From Candidatus Woesearchaeota archaeon (GTDB lineage Archaea; Nanobdellota; Nanobdellia; SCGC-AAA011-G17; GW2011-AR18), in contig JAGVZG010000026.1 of the NCBI GenBank assembly GCA_018302765.1, forward strand, positions 1 to 31,523: a stretch of 31,523 nucleotides of DNA, written 5' to 3'. Both the position numbers and the translations under genes were made by a program. Shown in pieces: positions 8,259-18,458 of this stretch (position 1 is the stretch's first letter; every line of letters starts with the position of its first letter). A model generated the notes under the pieces. It saw only the letters and a program-made list of their open reading frames with translations. It did not search any database and was not told where the DNA came from.

Positions 8259-8814
8259 AAAAGGAGATTATGGCTTTCCTATTTATTTCGTGCCTGTCTT
8301 GGCTATTTTTGTAATAGTTTTAATTATATTTTCAGCATTGTTTTTTGCATCTAATATTATTAAAAGTCCGAACTTAATAATAAAATCTGTAAAATATCAG
8401 GACAGTTCAAAAGTTTTAACAATATTAAAGTCTGTAGTGCCAGTAGAAAATAAAAATATCACAATTGCAGAATTAATATCATTAGCTTTTGAAGATTCTA
8501 AATATGAAGGAAAATTAGGTGAGGAAATAAAAACATTTTTATCCAAATTACCCAAGCCACAAAGAAAAGAAGATCTTACTGAATCTAAATTATTAATTAT
8601 AGAAGCAACAAAGTCAAGTTTGCAGAAGGCAAATTGGATTTTAGAAATAGAGTCAAATGGCAGAACTATAGCTTTTGGAGAAAAATCCACATTTGGAATG
8701 AAATATTTCCTGCAAAATGCAATAATTCCTTTATCATTCAATAACATAGCGAAAATTAAATTATACCTAGATTGTTTTTCATGTTCAGAGGAGGGAATAA
8801 ATGCAATTGCATAA
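8248..8814 (+). CDS. Minor pilin-like protein (188 aa), class III signal peptide, TTG start
   Basis: MWDKKG|DYGFPIYFVPVLAIFVIVLIIFSALFF; SD GAGGTGA at 8235-8241. Confidence 0.75.
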   Translation: MWDKKGDYGFPIYFVPVLAIFVIVLIIFSALFFASNIIKSPNLIIKSVKYQDSSKVLTILKSVVPVENKNITIAELISLAFEDSKYEGKLGEEIKTFLSKLPKPQRKEDLTESKLLIIEATKSSLQKANWILEIESNGRTIAFGEKSTFGMKYFLQNAIIPLSFNNIAKIKLYLDCFSCSEEGINAIA

Positions 8815-9688
8815 AATAAACAAAAAAGGCCAGATATTTCTATTTGGTTATGTGATAATTTACACCATTATACTTATCTCATTATTTTTTACAACAATAT
8901 CAGCAGCCAATAAAAAAGAAGATATTATTGGTCTAAGGGCAATAAATTTAATAAAAGCAAACCAGGAATCTGATAATATAGAATTGTATTTAGACATGGC
9001 AGCAAAATATTCTTATGAGAATTCACTGAATAAATTGGCTGAAAATGGTGGTTATTCAGAGGAAAATAGATGTGAAAAAACACAACCAACAATTATAGAT
9101 AGAGAAGAATATGTAATACTAAATACTTGCCAAGTTCTGGATTCAAATGGAGAATTCCAAAGCCAGTTAAAAAAAGAAATAAAATATTACTTAAATATTT
9201 ATGAAAGCAGTTATACAAAAACAAGTTTTAAAGACGATTTCAATATAGAAAAAGAATATCCTCGTTTGGAAGGAGTACCAGAAAAAATCAAAGATGACTA
9301 CAATTATATTTATACCCAAGCTATTAAAAATACAAAAATTGAAAAAATAGAACAAGGCAGTAAAAATTTAATTATAGCATTTTCAGATGTTATTCTACCT
9401 ATAGAAAATGACGAGATTTCATACTTAAATTTAAAGCCAGAAATTTCAATAGACAAACCAGATTTTACAATTTATAAAGAAATACATCTGGCAATAAACA
9501 ATTATTGTATAAAAAAGGATAAAAAAACTTGTGAAGAAGCACTAAAAATTAAATTCAAGGATATAAATATTTATACAGAAGGAATACTATTCAAAATAAT
9601 AATACCTTATAATAATTATAAAATTAAATTGGCATTTTATAATGATAAGATGATTCCACTTATGCAAGATTTGACTAATACCGTTTAA
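8801..9688 (+). CDS. Pilin-like protein (295 aa), class III signal peptide
   Basis: MQLHKINKKG|QIFLFGYVIIYTIILISLFF; SD-like GAGGAGG at 8788-8794; two Cys pairs. Confidence 0.75.
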   Translation: MQLHKINKKGQIFLFGYVIIYTIILISLFFTTISAANKKEDIIGLRAINLIKANQESDNIELYLDMAAKYSYENSLNKLAENGGYSEENRCEKTQPTIIDREEYVILNTCQVLDSNGEFQSQLKKEIKYYLNIYESSYTKTSFKDDFNIEKEYPRLEGVPEKIKDDYNYIYTQAIKNTKIEKIEQGSKNLIIAFSDVILPIENDEISYLNLKPEISIDKPDFTIYKEIHLAINNYCIKKDKKTCEEALKIKFKDINIYTEGILFKIIIPYNNYKIKLAFYNDKMIPLMQDLTNTV

Positions 9689-9745
9689 TAAACATATATT
9701 TTGTATAAAATAAAACATTAAAAAAAGATTAATTGTGAAATTAAT

Positions 9746-10018
9746 ATGATAAGTTCAAAAAACACATCGATCTTGGTTAAAATAATTTCAATTAGCTTTG
9801 GTTTGATTGCCATAGTTACTGCAAATAATACTTTAGGGTATAGAAATCAAATAGATATACTGAGAGATATTGAAGCAAGGCAAGGCAGTAGTGAAGCTAT
9901 AAAGCAGGCAGAATATTGTTCTGGGCCTAAAGATGAATTACTTTATAGAATAACTGGGGGCATGTTTGATTATGGAAAATGGACAGCATGTGAAGATTAT
10001 CTCTATAAACACCAATAA
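9746..10018 (+). CDS. Small secreted or membrane-anchored hypothetical protein (90 aa)
   Basis: N-terminal hydrophobic segment and one Cys pair; no family recognised. Confidence 0.5.
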   Translation: MISSKNTSILVKIISISFGLIAIVTANNTLGYRNQIDILRDIEARQGSSEAIKQAEYCSGPKDELLYRITGGMFDYGKWTACEDYLYKHQ

Positions 10019-10084
10019 ATGCTTTCTTAAGTCATTATAAAATGAAACAAAATCTTTTTAAAGATATTAAAAACAAAACCATTT

Positions 10085-11038
10085 ATGATTCTTGGTTACG
10101 AAACAATAATAAGTAAAATAGTTGATGCAACAGAGATTTCTAGGCAAGACATAGAGTCTAAAATTGAACAAAAACTTAAAGATCTGCAGGATTTAATATC
10201 TAGAGAAGGCGCAGCACATATAATAGCAAATGAATTAAATGTAAAACTATTTGATGCAACAAACAGGTCACTAAAAATAGCTCAGATACAACCAGGACTG
10301 AATTCTGTTAACATAATATCAAAAGTTATTAATGTAAATGAAGTAAGAACATTCCAAAAAGAAAATAGGCAGGGAAGAATAGGATCTTTATTAGTGGGAG
10401 ATGAAACTGGCACAATTAGATTAGTGATTTGGGATGAAAAACTTATAGATTTATTAAAAGAAATTAAACAAGAGGACATTTTAAAAATCAACAACGCTTA
10501 TTCAAAACAAAACAATAACTTTAGAGAATTGCATTTAGGAAGTAAATCTCAAATAATAATAAATCCAGAAAATGAATCAATAGCATCAGTAAAATTAACT
10601 AACACATCAAATAGAAAGCAGATTAAAGATCTAGTTGCAAGTGATTTTGTAGAAGTTTTTGGTACAATAGTGCAAGTATTTGAGCCAAAATATTATAATT
10701 CCTGCTCTGTATGTAATAAAAAAACAATACAGCAAGGAGATTTATTTAATTGTCCTGAACATGGTTCAGTTCCTCCAAAACAAACACCAATACTAAACAT
10801 ATTCTTTGATGACGGCACTGGTAATATAAGAGCAGTTTTATTTAGGGACCAGGCAGCTAAATTAATATTAAATAAAGAGGGTTTTGAAGACATAAAAAAA
10901 GAAGTATTAGGCAAACAATTAATACTAAAGGGAAAAGTAAATAATAACGAAATGTTTAACAGGATAGAATTGGTAGTTAATAATATAGAAGAGCCAAAAC
11001 CAGAAGATATGATTGCTGAAATGCAAAATGATGTTTAA
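10085..11038 (+). CDS. rpa: Replication protein A (OB-fold ssDNA-binding protein with Zn finger)
   Basis: OB motif VGDETGTIRLVIWD; CSVC...CPEH Zn finger; second OB motif DDGTGNIRAVLF. Confidence 0.85.
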   Translation: MILGYETIISKIVDATEISRQDIESKIEQKLKDLQDLISREGAAHIIANELNVKLFDATNRSLKIAQIQPGLNSVNIISKVINVNEVRTFQKENRQGRIGSLLVGDETGTIRLVIWDEKLIDLLKEIKQEDILKINNAYSKQNNNFRELHLGSKSQIIINPENESIASVKLTNTSNRKQIKDLVASDFVEVFGTIVQVFEPKYYNSCSVCNKKTIQQGDLFNCPEHGSVPPKQTPILNIFFDDGTGNIRAVLFRDQAAKLILNKEGFEDIKKEVLGKQLILKGKVNNNEMFNRIELVVNNIEEPKPEDMIAEMQNDV

Positions 11039-11501
11039 AACCCACCTTGCATTTGGCCTTCTAATAAGTTTGTTAATTGTCAATACAATTAATGTTTCAT
11101 ATCCTATTATTTTTGTTATATTGGTAACTATATTTACTTCTTTGCCAGATATAGATCATCCAAAGAGCAAAATAGGAAGGAAATTATTCTTTATATCTTG
11201 GCCCATAAACGTGATTTTTAGTCATCGTGGATTTTTTCATTCTATATTTCCGCCTTTGATAATTTCTTCAGTATTGTATTACATAGGTCTAAAGTTTTTG
11301 GCTTTAACATTGACCGTTGGTTACATTGCACATCTTTTGGGTGATTCAATAACTAAAGAGGGAATAAATTTTCTGCATCCATTTACAAGATTCAGATTGC
11401 AAGGGCCAATAACAACAGGCCAAACATTTGAATATATTATTTACATATCTATTTTATTTACAGATTTATTAATTACCGCAAAACTATTTAACATAATTTA
11501 A
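11028..11501 (+). CDS. Membrane-bound metal-dependent hydrolase (YdjM/DUF457-like); start moved from 11013 to 11028
   Basis: THLAFG, LPDIDHP, HRGFFHS and HLLGD motifs. Confidence 0.8.
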   Translation: MMFKTHLAFGLLISLLIVNTINVSYPIIFVILVTIFTSLPDIDHPKSKIGRKLFFISWPINVIFSHRGFFHSIFPPLIISSVLYYIGLKFLALTLTVGYIAHLLGDSITKEGINFLHPFTRFRLQGPITTGQTFEYIIYISILFTDLLITAKLFNII

Positions 11502-11512
11502 TAATAAATATC

Positions 11513-11977
11513 ATGCAAACTCTAAAAAAATATACCAAAGAAGCATTTATGGCAATAACATCTTTAGGCACTGTATTTTTTTATACAATAATATTTTTAT
11601 TTTTATTTTTTATAAAGGAATTTACAATAGCAAAACACATAGCAATAGGATTAATATTGTGTTATTTGTTTGTATTTGTATTAAGAATTTTTTATTTTAA
11701 GGAAAGACCTGAGAAAGAAGAATACTACAATTTATTTACCAGAATTAATGCCTCTTCATTTCCCAGCCTTCATGCAATGAGCTCAATTTATGTAGCAATT
11801 GTTCTGGCAAACCACATAAAAAAATCAATAATTTCAATTTTTTTAGTTTCAATTTCTTTGTTAATAGCGTATTCCAGGATATACTTAAAAAAGCATTATT
11901 TTGTAGATATTATGCTTGGTTTAATACTTGGAATAATTGCTTCAATTATATATTTATTAATTATAAATTTTAGTTAG
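11513..11977 (+). CDS. PAP2-family membrane phosphatase
   Basis: KERP, SFPSLH and SRIYLKKHY motifs; about four TM segments. Confidence 0.85.
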   Translation: MQTLKKYTKEAFMAITSLGTVFFYTIIFLFLFFIKEFTIAKHIAIGLILCYLFVFVLRIFYFKERPEKEEYYNLFTRINASSFPSLHAMSSIYVAIVLANHIKKSIISIFLVSISLLIAYSRIYLKKHYFVDIMLGLILGIIASIIYLLIINFS

Positions 11978-12007
11978 TCTTTTAAATCTAATTAATTACA
12001 AAAATAT

Positions 12008-12667
12008 ATGTTATCTGTTATAATACCTGCATGTAATGAAGAACAGTATATTAAAGAGACAATAGAATCAATAAAAAAACAAAATTATAAGGAATATGAG
12101 ATAATTGTTGTTTGTGACGGATGTACAGACAAAACTCCTGAAATAGCATCAAAATTGGCAGATAAAGTAGTTACTCTGAAAACAAGATCTGGACCGGCAA
12201 TCGCAAAAAATAAAGGAGTAGAAATATCTAAAGGCAATAAATTAGTGTTTTTAGATGCAGACACCCACCTAGGTAAAGAGGCATTATCAAATATTTCAGA
12301 AGTTCTTGATAATGATATAAATACAATCGGAACATGCAAAATAAAACCATCAAGCAATAAAACAAAACACAAAATAATGATGTTTCTTAAGAATTATTTA
12401 ATATCTCCATTAGGGGTATCAAATGGAATAATATTTTGCACCAAAAAGTTATATACTAAATTTAACGGATTTAATAATGGATTAAAGAAAAGAGAAGATG
12501 GTGATTTTATTAGAAGAATAAAAAAGCAAGGGAATTTTATAATATTAGATAACTATGTAGTAAGTTCTACAAGAAGATTTGATAAAAAAGGATATCTAAG
12601 TCTTTGGGTTTATTGGTTAAAAGAGTATATAAAACCATCAGATGACCATTACGAAATAATAAGATAA
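12008..12667 (+). CDS. Glycosyltransferase family 2
   Basis: SVIIPACNEE, VVCDGCTD and FLDADT (DxD) motifs. Confidence 0.9.
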   Translation: MLSVIIPACNEEQYIKETIESIKKQNYKEYEIIVVCDGCTDKTPEIASKLADKVVTLKTRSGPAIAKNKGVEISKGNKLVFLDADTHLGKEALSNISEVLDNDINTIGTCKIKPSSNKTKHKIMMFLKNYLISPLGVSNGIIFCTKKLYTKFNGFNNGLKKREDGDFIRRIKKQGNFIILDNYVVSSTRRFDKKGYLSLWVYWLKEYIKPSDDHYEIIR

Positions 12668-12713
12668 AAATTAAGTCACAAACTTTATAAATATTATTTC
12701 TTCACATTAAAAC

Positions 12714-13280
12714 ATGAGTAAAGCTGAAAATAAAGAGCCTAAAATGGACAAAATAGAAAATGAAAAGTGTCCGATGTGCCAAAAGAATACATTAACTCTT
12801 TATGAAACAGAACAGGACGTTCCTTACTTTGGCAAAGTGTTTCTTTTTGGTATGAGTTGTTCAAATACAGAATGTAATTTTAAGGAAAATGATGTGGAAT
12901 TAGAAAAGCAAGGTGAACCATCTAAAATAGAATTTACAATTTCTAATTCAAAAGATCTTAATGTTAGAGTTATTAAATCTTCAGAAGCAACGGTAAAAAT
13001 TCCACAGTTAAAAATGGAAGTTGAGCCTGGAGTTGCTAGTGATGGCTACGTAAGTAATATAGAAGGTTTATTGCAGAGATTCAAGAAAATATTAGAAGCA
13101 GAAAGAGATACAGCAGATGAAGACGATGTAAGAAAAAAAGCAAAAAACCTGCTTAAAAGACTCTGGAAAGTAGAATGCGGGGATGAGGAACTTAAAATTA
13201 TAATTAAAGATCCATCTGGAAATTCAGCAATTATTTCTGAAAAAGCAGTTATTACACAATTTAAAAACAAAAAGAAATGA
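12714..13280 (+). CDS. zpr1: ZPR1 zinc-finger domain protein
   Basis: CPMC...VPYFG...C-x4-C; LNVRVIKS; GYVSNIEGLL; IIKDPSGNSAII. Confidence 0.9.
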   Translation: MSKAENKEPKMDKIENEKCPMCQKNTLTLYETEQDVPYFGKVFLFGMSCSNTECNFKENDVELEKQGEPSKIEFTISNSKDLNVRVIKSSEATVKIPQLKMEVEPGVASDGYVSNIEGLLQRFKKILEAERDTADEDDVRKKAKNLLKRLWKVECGDEELKIIIKDPSGNSAIISEKAVITQFKNKKK

Positions 13281-14077
13281 AAGATTTTAGCGGAAAAGAA
13301 AACTACAGAGATTTTGGCAATTTGAAAACAAGAAAAAATTTCTATTCTAAATATTGTAATCCATTAATAAATTCTAAAGAAGAAGTTTTTAAGTTATTGA
13401 ATATAAAAGGAAATGAAAAAATTTTGGATGTTGGTTGTGGAAATGGTGATTTTCTTGCTTATATTGAGGATAAAGGTTGTTCAGGAGAAATGATAGGCGT
13501 AGATATTTCTAAAGGTATGATAGAGGAAGCTAAGAAATTAAATATAGACAAACCAATTTCATTTATTACTGCAAATGCAGAAGACCTTCCATTTATTAAT
13601 GAATGCTTTGATATTGTAGTATGCAAGCATATACTCTATCATTTAAATTCAATAGAAAAAGGCATAAATGAAATATATAGGGTATTAAAAAATGGAGGGT
13701 ATTTATGTGTGACTCTAAATTGTATGTATGGAAGAGAAAATATTGAGAATTTTAAGAGAATTATTGCTAACTCAATAAAAAATAATAATTTTTTAGATAA
13801 TAATAAGCGTATTAATTTTGAAAATTATAATAGTTTTATATCTGGGTTTAATATTTTAAGAGAAATAAAATTACACAGATATTTAGAATTAGAAGATCCA
13901 GAACCAATTGTTGAATATTTAAATAGTTTTAGAGGATTTTGGCAACCTTTACCTCCAGATGAAGCATGGTACAAAGCATTAAAGATAATTAAAGAAGAAA
14001 TAATAAAAATAATTCAAAAAGAAGAAAAATTTAAAGCAGATCTTGCCTTTGGCATGATACTATTACAAAAAATTTAA
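13277..14077 (+). CDS. Class I SAM-dependent methyltransferase
   Basis: ILDVGCGNG, GVDIS, ANAEDLPF, FDIV and RVLKNGG motifs. Confidence 0.85.
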   Translation: MKDFSGKENYRDFGNLKTRKNFYSKYCNPLINSKEEVFKLLNIKGNEKILDVGCGNGDFLAYIEDKGCSGEMIGVDISKGMIEEAKKLNIDKPISFITANAEDLPFINECFDIVVCKHILYHLNSIEKGINEIYRVLKNGGYLCVTLNCMYGRENIENFKRIIANSIKNNNFLDNNKRINFENYNSFISGFNILREIKLHRYLELEDPEPIVEYLNSFRGFWQPLPPDEAWYKALKIIKEEIIKIIQKEEKFKADLAFGMILLQKI

Positions 14078-14841
14078 CTTTTTATAATATCAACAACAGT
14101 TTTCCACAACTCACTCCCTTCTCTATAATCAGCAGGAAGAATATAATTAACATCATTCTTTATTTTTTGTGCTTTATCAAAAGAATCATTTTTATTTGGA
14201 TCATAAACGCATATTGCAGTTCCGTTTCTTTTTTTAACAAATCTAAATGCAGGAATGTCTGTCATTCCATCTCCAAAATAAATCATGTCTTTAATAGGAA
14301 ATTCAAAATCTGTTTCGCTATTGCCATAACTTACAGTAACAATAGATGATATTTTCTCTGAAGACGAAGTGGTACTTTTTATCTCATCGATAGCTAGACC
14401 AGGAGTTAAATCATCAAAAAAAGTGTATCCAAATATATAATTCATATATTTATTTAAACTAGAACCTTCTAACAAAGGTTTTATTCCAACACTAACAATA
14501 TTAAAAGAGATATTATTTTCAGAATTCAATTTTCTAATCTTATCAAAAAATTCAGGAATTCCAGGATAATACAATTTTTCTAAATCTTTGCCATCATTTC
14601 TTAGGTCTTGTAAGGTTAAACCTCTTAATTTTCCATATCTGATTTCATTCATAAAATGTGCAAGATAAATAATGTCTAGGTTTGTTTTTTCCCCATTATT
14701 TTTTTCAGCTTGCTGCAAACTAGAAACTTTCTTCCAAAACTGATCAATATCAACACCTCTTTTTTCTAGTATAATGCTTGGGTGGTAACCATTAATTAAA
14801 GTATAGTCAACGTCAAAAACCAAAGCAATGTTTTTTACCAT
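14074..14841 (-). CDS. HAD-superfamily hydrolase
   Basis: Motif I FDVDYT; motif II IVSVG; motif IV YFGDGMTDIPAF. Confidence 0.85.
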   Translation of the reverse strand: MVKNIALVFDVDYTLINGYHPSIILEKRGVDIDQFWKKVSSLQQAEKNNGEKTNLDIIYLAHFMNEIRYGKLRGLTLQDLRNDGKDLEKLYYPGIPEFFDKIRKLNSENNISFNIVSVGIKPLLEGSSLNKYMNYIFGYTFFDDLTPGLAIDEIKSTTSSSEKISSIVTVSYGNSETDFEFPIKDMIYFGDGMTDIPAFRFVKKRNGTAICVYDPNKNDSFDKAQKIKNDVNYILPADYREGSELWKTVVDIIKS

Positions 14842-14901
14842 AATAATTAATATAATTTAATAGTTATATATTTTGGTGGAGAGATAATTCACCATTTTTT
14901 A

Positions 14902-15900
14902 TTATAGGAAACCATATTCAATTAAGTCTTCCCATTTTAATTTACCAATAGCAACCAAAGCTTCTCTAAAAGTAACTAAAGTTTGATCATATTTTTCATG
15001 ATCTTCAATAGCAATTCTAGGACAAGCAAGCTCAACAAAAGCACTTATACCATGAAAATTAACTAATTTGTCTTTAGTTATCTCAGTCATTGTAATTATA
15101 ACAACCTCTTTTCCAGCATCTTCAAATTTATTTTTTATCACTTTAAAGCTACCAAACTTCTGCCCTGGTTTTATTCCAACTATAATTCCAATTTTATTAG
15201 AGTTTCTAACCTTCTCAATAGCGGCAAATCTTTGTTTTATCACCTTGTCTCTTAATTTAGTCATGTCAACAACTTCTTGATTATAAATATCAAGTAAATA
15301 AACTTGATTTCTAACAGATAAAGCAGCACCTAATGAATGAAATTTATTTCCTATAACTACAAAAGCATCAACATCACCAGATATACTCTTTAAGGAATTA
15401 TATTCACAACCAACAATATGTCCATCATAATAAGCATAGCCTTTTTTATTTGGTATAATAACTTTCTTGCCAAGATTTTCAAAGAAATTTTTGGCTTGTT
15501 CTAATTGGTAAATATGTTGAACGCTGCAAACAAGTCCAATAGACTTAAATTTAACAACATCTTTCTTCGATTTCTCCAATAAACTATAAATAGGTGTTTT
15601 ATCTTTCATTTCTATATAAATAACAGGAAAATCAACTTTTTTCATAAAAGGAGCATGGCCATAATGCACTAATAAGTCAGCACTCAAATTCTTGGCTTCA
15701 TCTAATGCTAAGTCACATCCACCCCAGCAAGTTTCTCCAGAAATAATAATTTCTGATTTTGTTTTGCTTTCAAAATATTTAACCAGCCTTATAGCTTCTT
15801 GCTTTAAACCTTCAGGCAACTGAACCAAAACTAATTTAGATTTTCTATTGTTAATTTCATTAATGACATAGTCTTCCTGAAAATCAAATTTACTATTCAT
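14902..15900 (-). CDS. dph2: Diphthamide biosynthesis enzyme Dph2 (2-(3-amino-3-carboxypropyl)histidine synthase)
   Basis: LVQLPEGLK; CWGGCD, VGC and ACPRI give three cluster-binding Cys; HYGHA. Confidence 0.92.
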   Translation of the reverse strand: MNSKFDFQEDYVINEINNRKSKLVLVQLPEGLKQEAIRLVKYFESKTKSEIIISGETCWGGCDLALDEAKNLSADLLVHYGHAPFMKKVDFPVIYIEMKDKTPIYSLLEKSKKDVVKFKSIGLVCSVQHIYQLEQAKNFFENLGKKVIIPNKKGYAYYDGHIVGCEYNSLKSISGDVDAFVVIGNKFHSLGAALSVRNQVYLLDIYNQEVVDMTKLRDKVIKQRFAAIEKVRNSNKIGIIVGIKPGQKFGSFKVIKNKFEDAGKEVVIITMTEITKDKLVNFHGISAFVELACPRIAIEDHEKYDQTLVTFREALVAIGKLKWEDLIEYGFL

Positions 15901-16039
15901 AAATAAACAAATAGAATAATAGTTATAAGCTTAACGATGTTTCTAAGGATCTCCAGATTTAAATGGATAATCAAACAACAAACCTAAATTTTATAATACT
16001 TCCTAAACTTTAAATACAAGTAATTTAACTTCTAAGTTA

Positions 16040-17560
16040 ATGGAATCAAAAGAAAAATCAAGATCAGAAAAGATAATGGATATAGTCACAAAACGTGGTT
16101 TTATTTATCCATCTTCTGAAATATATGGAAGTAAAGCTGGATTCTGGACATATGGAAGTTTAGGTACAAAAATAAAGCACAAATGGGAAAACTTATGGAA
16201 GTCTTATTTTTTATCTCTCAATACTAATTTTTATGAAATAGATGACTGCAGCATAATGCCAAAAAAAGTATTTGAAAGCTCAGGACATCTGAAAAATTTT
16301 ACAGATCCTTTAACAGAATGTGAAAAATGTCATTTTAGATTTAGGGCAGACCAATTAATAGAAGATGAACTAAAAATTGATGTAGCAGGTTTAAAAGAAG
16401 ATGCATTAACAAAGTTAATTAGAGATAACAAGTTAAAATGCCCAAAATGCAAAGGAAACTTAATAGATGTCCGATTCTTTAACATGATGTTTGATATAAA
16501 AGTTGGAGCTACAGGCGACGATATAATGTATTTAAGGCCAGAATCAGCACAGTCGCCATACTTGGCATTTAAAAGAGAATTTGAAGCAACAAGAAGAAAA
16601 TTACCTTTGGGTTTAGCTGTAATAGGAAGAGTTTTCAGAAATGAAATAAGCCCCAGGCAGGGTTTCTTTAGGCTAAGAGAATTTATACAAGCAGAATTGC
16701 AGATATTCTTTGATCCAGAAAAGATAAATGAACACCAAAATTGGAATGAAGTGAAAGATTACTCATTAATTGTATTTTCAGATAAGAAAACTAGAAAATT
16801 AACTTGCAAAGAAATGAAAGATAAACTAAAATTTCCAAAATTCTACATATACCACATGGCTAAAGTTCAGCAGTTTTATTTGGATATATTAAAAATACCA
16901 GAGAAAATATTTAGGTTTAGAGAATTAGGTCCAGATGAACGAGCATTTTATAATAAAATTCACTTTGATGTAGAATTAAATCTTGAAACTTTAGGAGGTT
17001 TCAAAGAGGTTGCTGGTTGCCATTACCGTACAGATCATGACTTAGGAGGCCATCAATTAGGTTCTGGAGAAAAACTAGAAGTTACATTGGATGAAGAAGG
17101 AAAAGTAAAAAAATTTATTCCACACGTTCTTGAATTAAGTTTTGGCACAGATAGAAATATATGGGCTTTATTAGATACGTTCTACAAAGAAGAGAAAGAA
17201 AGGAATTTGTTCACATTTCCAAATAATCTTACACCACTAGATGTTGTAGTATTTCCCTTAGTAAATAAAGAAAATATACCAGAATTTGCAGAGAAAGTAT
17301 TTTTAGAATTGTTCAAAGAAGGATTTACAATTTTCTATGATGATTCTGGAAGTATAGGAAGACGTTATAGAAGGCAAGATGAAATAGGCACAAAGTTTTG
17401 TATTACAGTGGATTTTGATTCCTTAAAAGATAATACAGTTACAGTAAGAGACAGGGATTCAATGAAACAAATTAGAATAAAATCTGGTGAACTAAAATTG
17501 AAATTAAATTCTTTAATAAAAGAAAATAAAGAACTAAGTACTTTTGGAAATTATATCTAA
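16040..17560 (+). CDS. glyS: Glycine--tRNA ligase (alpha2, archaeal/eukaryotic type)
   Basis: YLRPESAQ, FRNEISPRQGFFRLREF, HVLELSFGTDR; anticodon domain SGSIGRRYRRQDEIGT. Confidence 0.95.
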   Translation: MESKEKSRSEKIMDIVTKRGFIYPSSEIYGSKAGFWTYGSLGTKIKHKWENLWKSYFLSLNTNFYEIDDCSIMPKKVFESSGHLKNFTDPLTECEKCHFRFRADQLIEDELKIDVAGLKEDALTKLIRDNKLKCPKCKGNLIDVRFFNMMFDIKVGATGDDIMYLRPESAQSPYLAFKREFEATRRKLPLGLAVIGRVFRNEISPRQGFFRLREFIQAELQIFFDPEKINEHQNWNEVKDYSLIVFSDKKTRKLTCKEMKDKLKFPKFYIYHMAKVQQFYLDILKIPEKIFRFRELGPDERAFYNKIHFDVELNLETLGGFKEVAGCHYRTDHDLGGHQLGSGEKLEVTLDEEGKVKKFIPHVLELSFGTDRNIWALLDTFYKEEKERNLFTFPNNLTPLDVVVFPLVNKENIPEFAEKVFLELFKEGFTIFYDDSGSIGRRYRRQDEIGTKFCITVDFDSLKDNTVTVRDRDSMKQIRIKSGELKLKLNSLIKENKELSTFGNYI

Positions 17561-17670
17561 ATAGTTATCATCTTATTTTTTATGATTCTTTTTAGCCATT
17601 TATTGTACAACCTGCAATCTGGTAGTTCATCAACAAATAATCTGTTGTATCCTTTATATTTAAAATTCAT
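17557..17670 (-). CDS. Small hypothetical protein (37 aa); not in the ORF track
   Basis: MNFKYKGYNRLFVDELPDCRLYNKWLKRIIKNKMITI*; GGAGGTG SD (complement of 17677-17683) 6 nt upstream. Confidence 0.55.
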   Translation of the reverse strand: MNFKYKGYNRLFVDELPDCRLYNKWLKRIIKNKMITI

Positions 17671-17798
17671 TTATCACACCTCCGACATTAAAAAATCTAT
17701 GATGAGTTGTTATTAATCGATTATTAAAGAGAAATCCAGAAAACCAATATAGATTGATCTTTCACAACATTTAAAAAACAAAAATCAGTACTACAAAT

Positions 17799-18458
17799 GT
17801 GGGAAATTTATATATAATACCTGACTGGTTTTTTGGTTACACAATTATTTTAGGTTTAATTTTTGGTATAATAACTTTAATAGTTGGGGTATATGCATTA
17901 AAGATTTACAAATTATCAGCCCAAAAAGCATCAAAAAATTTTGGAATAGGTTTCATTTTCATATCTATAGCTTATTTTATTCAGACAATTTTAAATTTGG
18001 TTTTATTTTCAAAACTACAGATACAAAAAGTAATATCCCTTTCAACATTTAATATGTGGGGTAATATAGGGATTTATTTATACATGCTGTTTTTTCTTGC
18101 AGGATTAATAACTCTAGTTTATGTAACTTTAGGAGTGAATAATTTCAGAGTTTATTCTTTATTGTTTATTTTGCTAATGGGTTCTTTAATAATAACACCA
18201 TTTAAATTAAATATATTCCATATATTTTCTTCTATATTATTTGTATATATAATAATACATTACTTAATTAATTACTTAAGAAACAAAAATTACAAAAATT
18301 TAATAGTGTTCATTGCATTCATATTTTTATTGTTAAGCAATATACAATTCATATTTTCTCTAAAAAATGGTTTGTATTATGTAATTGGAGACATACTTAG
18401 TTTTGTGGCTTATTTACTTATATTAATTAACCTAATAATTGTAGCAAGGAAAAAATGA
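17799..18458 (+). CDS. Seven-TM integral membrane protein (219 aa), GTG start
   Basis: Seven hydrophobic segments by eye; stop overlaps the downstream wHTH ATG. Confidence 0.75.
   Translation: MGNLYIIPDWFFGYTIILGLIFGIITLIVGVYALKIYKLSAQKASKNFGIGFIFISIAYFIQTILNLVLFSKLQIQKVISLSTFNMWGNIGIYLYMLFFLAGLITLVYVTLGVNNFRVYSLLFILLMGSLIITPFKLNIFHIFSSILFVYIIIHYLINYLRNKNYKNLIVFIAFIFLLLSNIQFIFSLKNGLYYVIGDILSFVAYLLILINLIIVARKK

Noticed and set aside
13277-14841. Methyltransferase plus HAD as a biosynthetic or defence cassette
   Set aside because: Convergent rather than operonic; both are common families with no supporting context
17799-18458. Possible rhodopsin or heliorhodopsin (7 TM)
   Set aside because: No retinal-binding Lys within TM7 and no DxxxK or SxxxK motif
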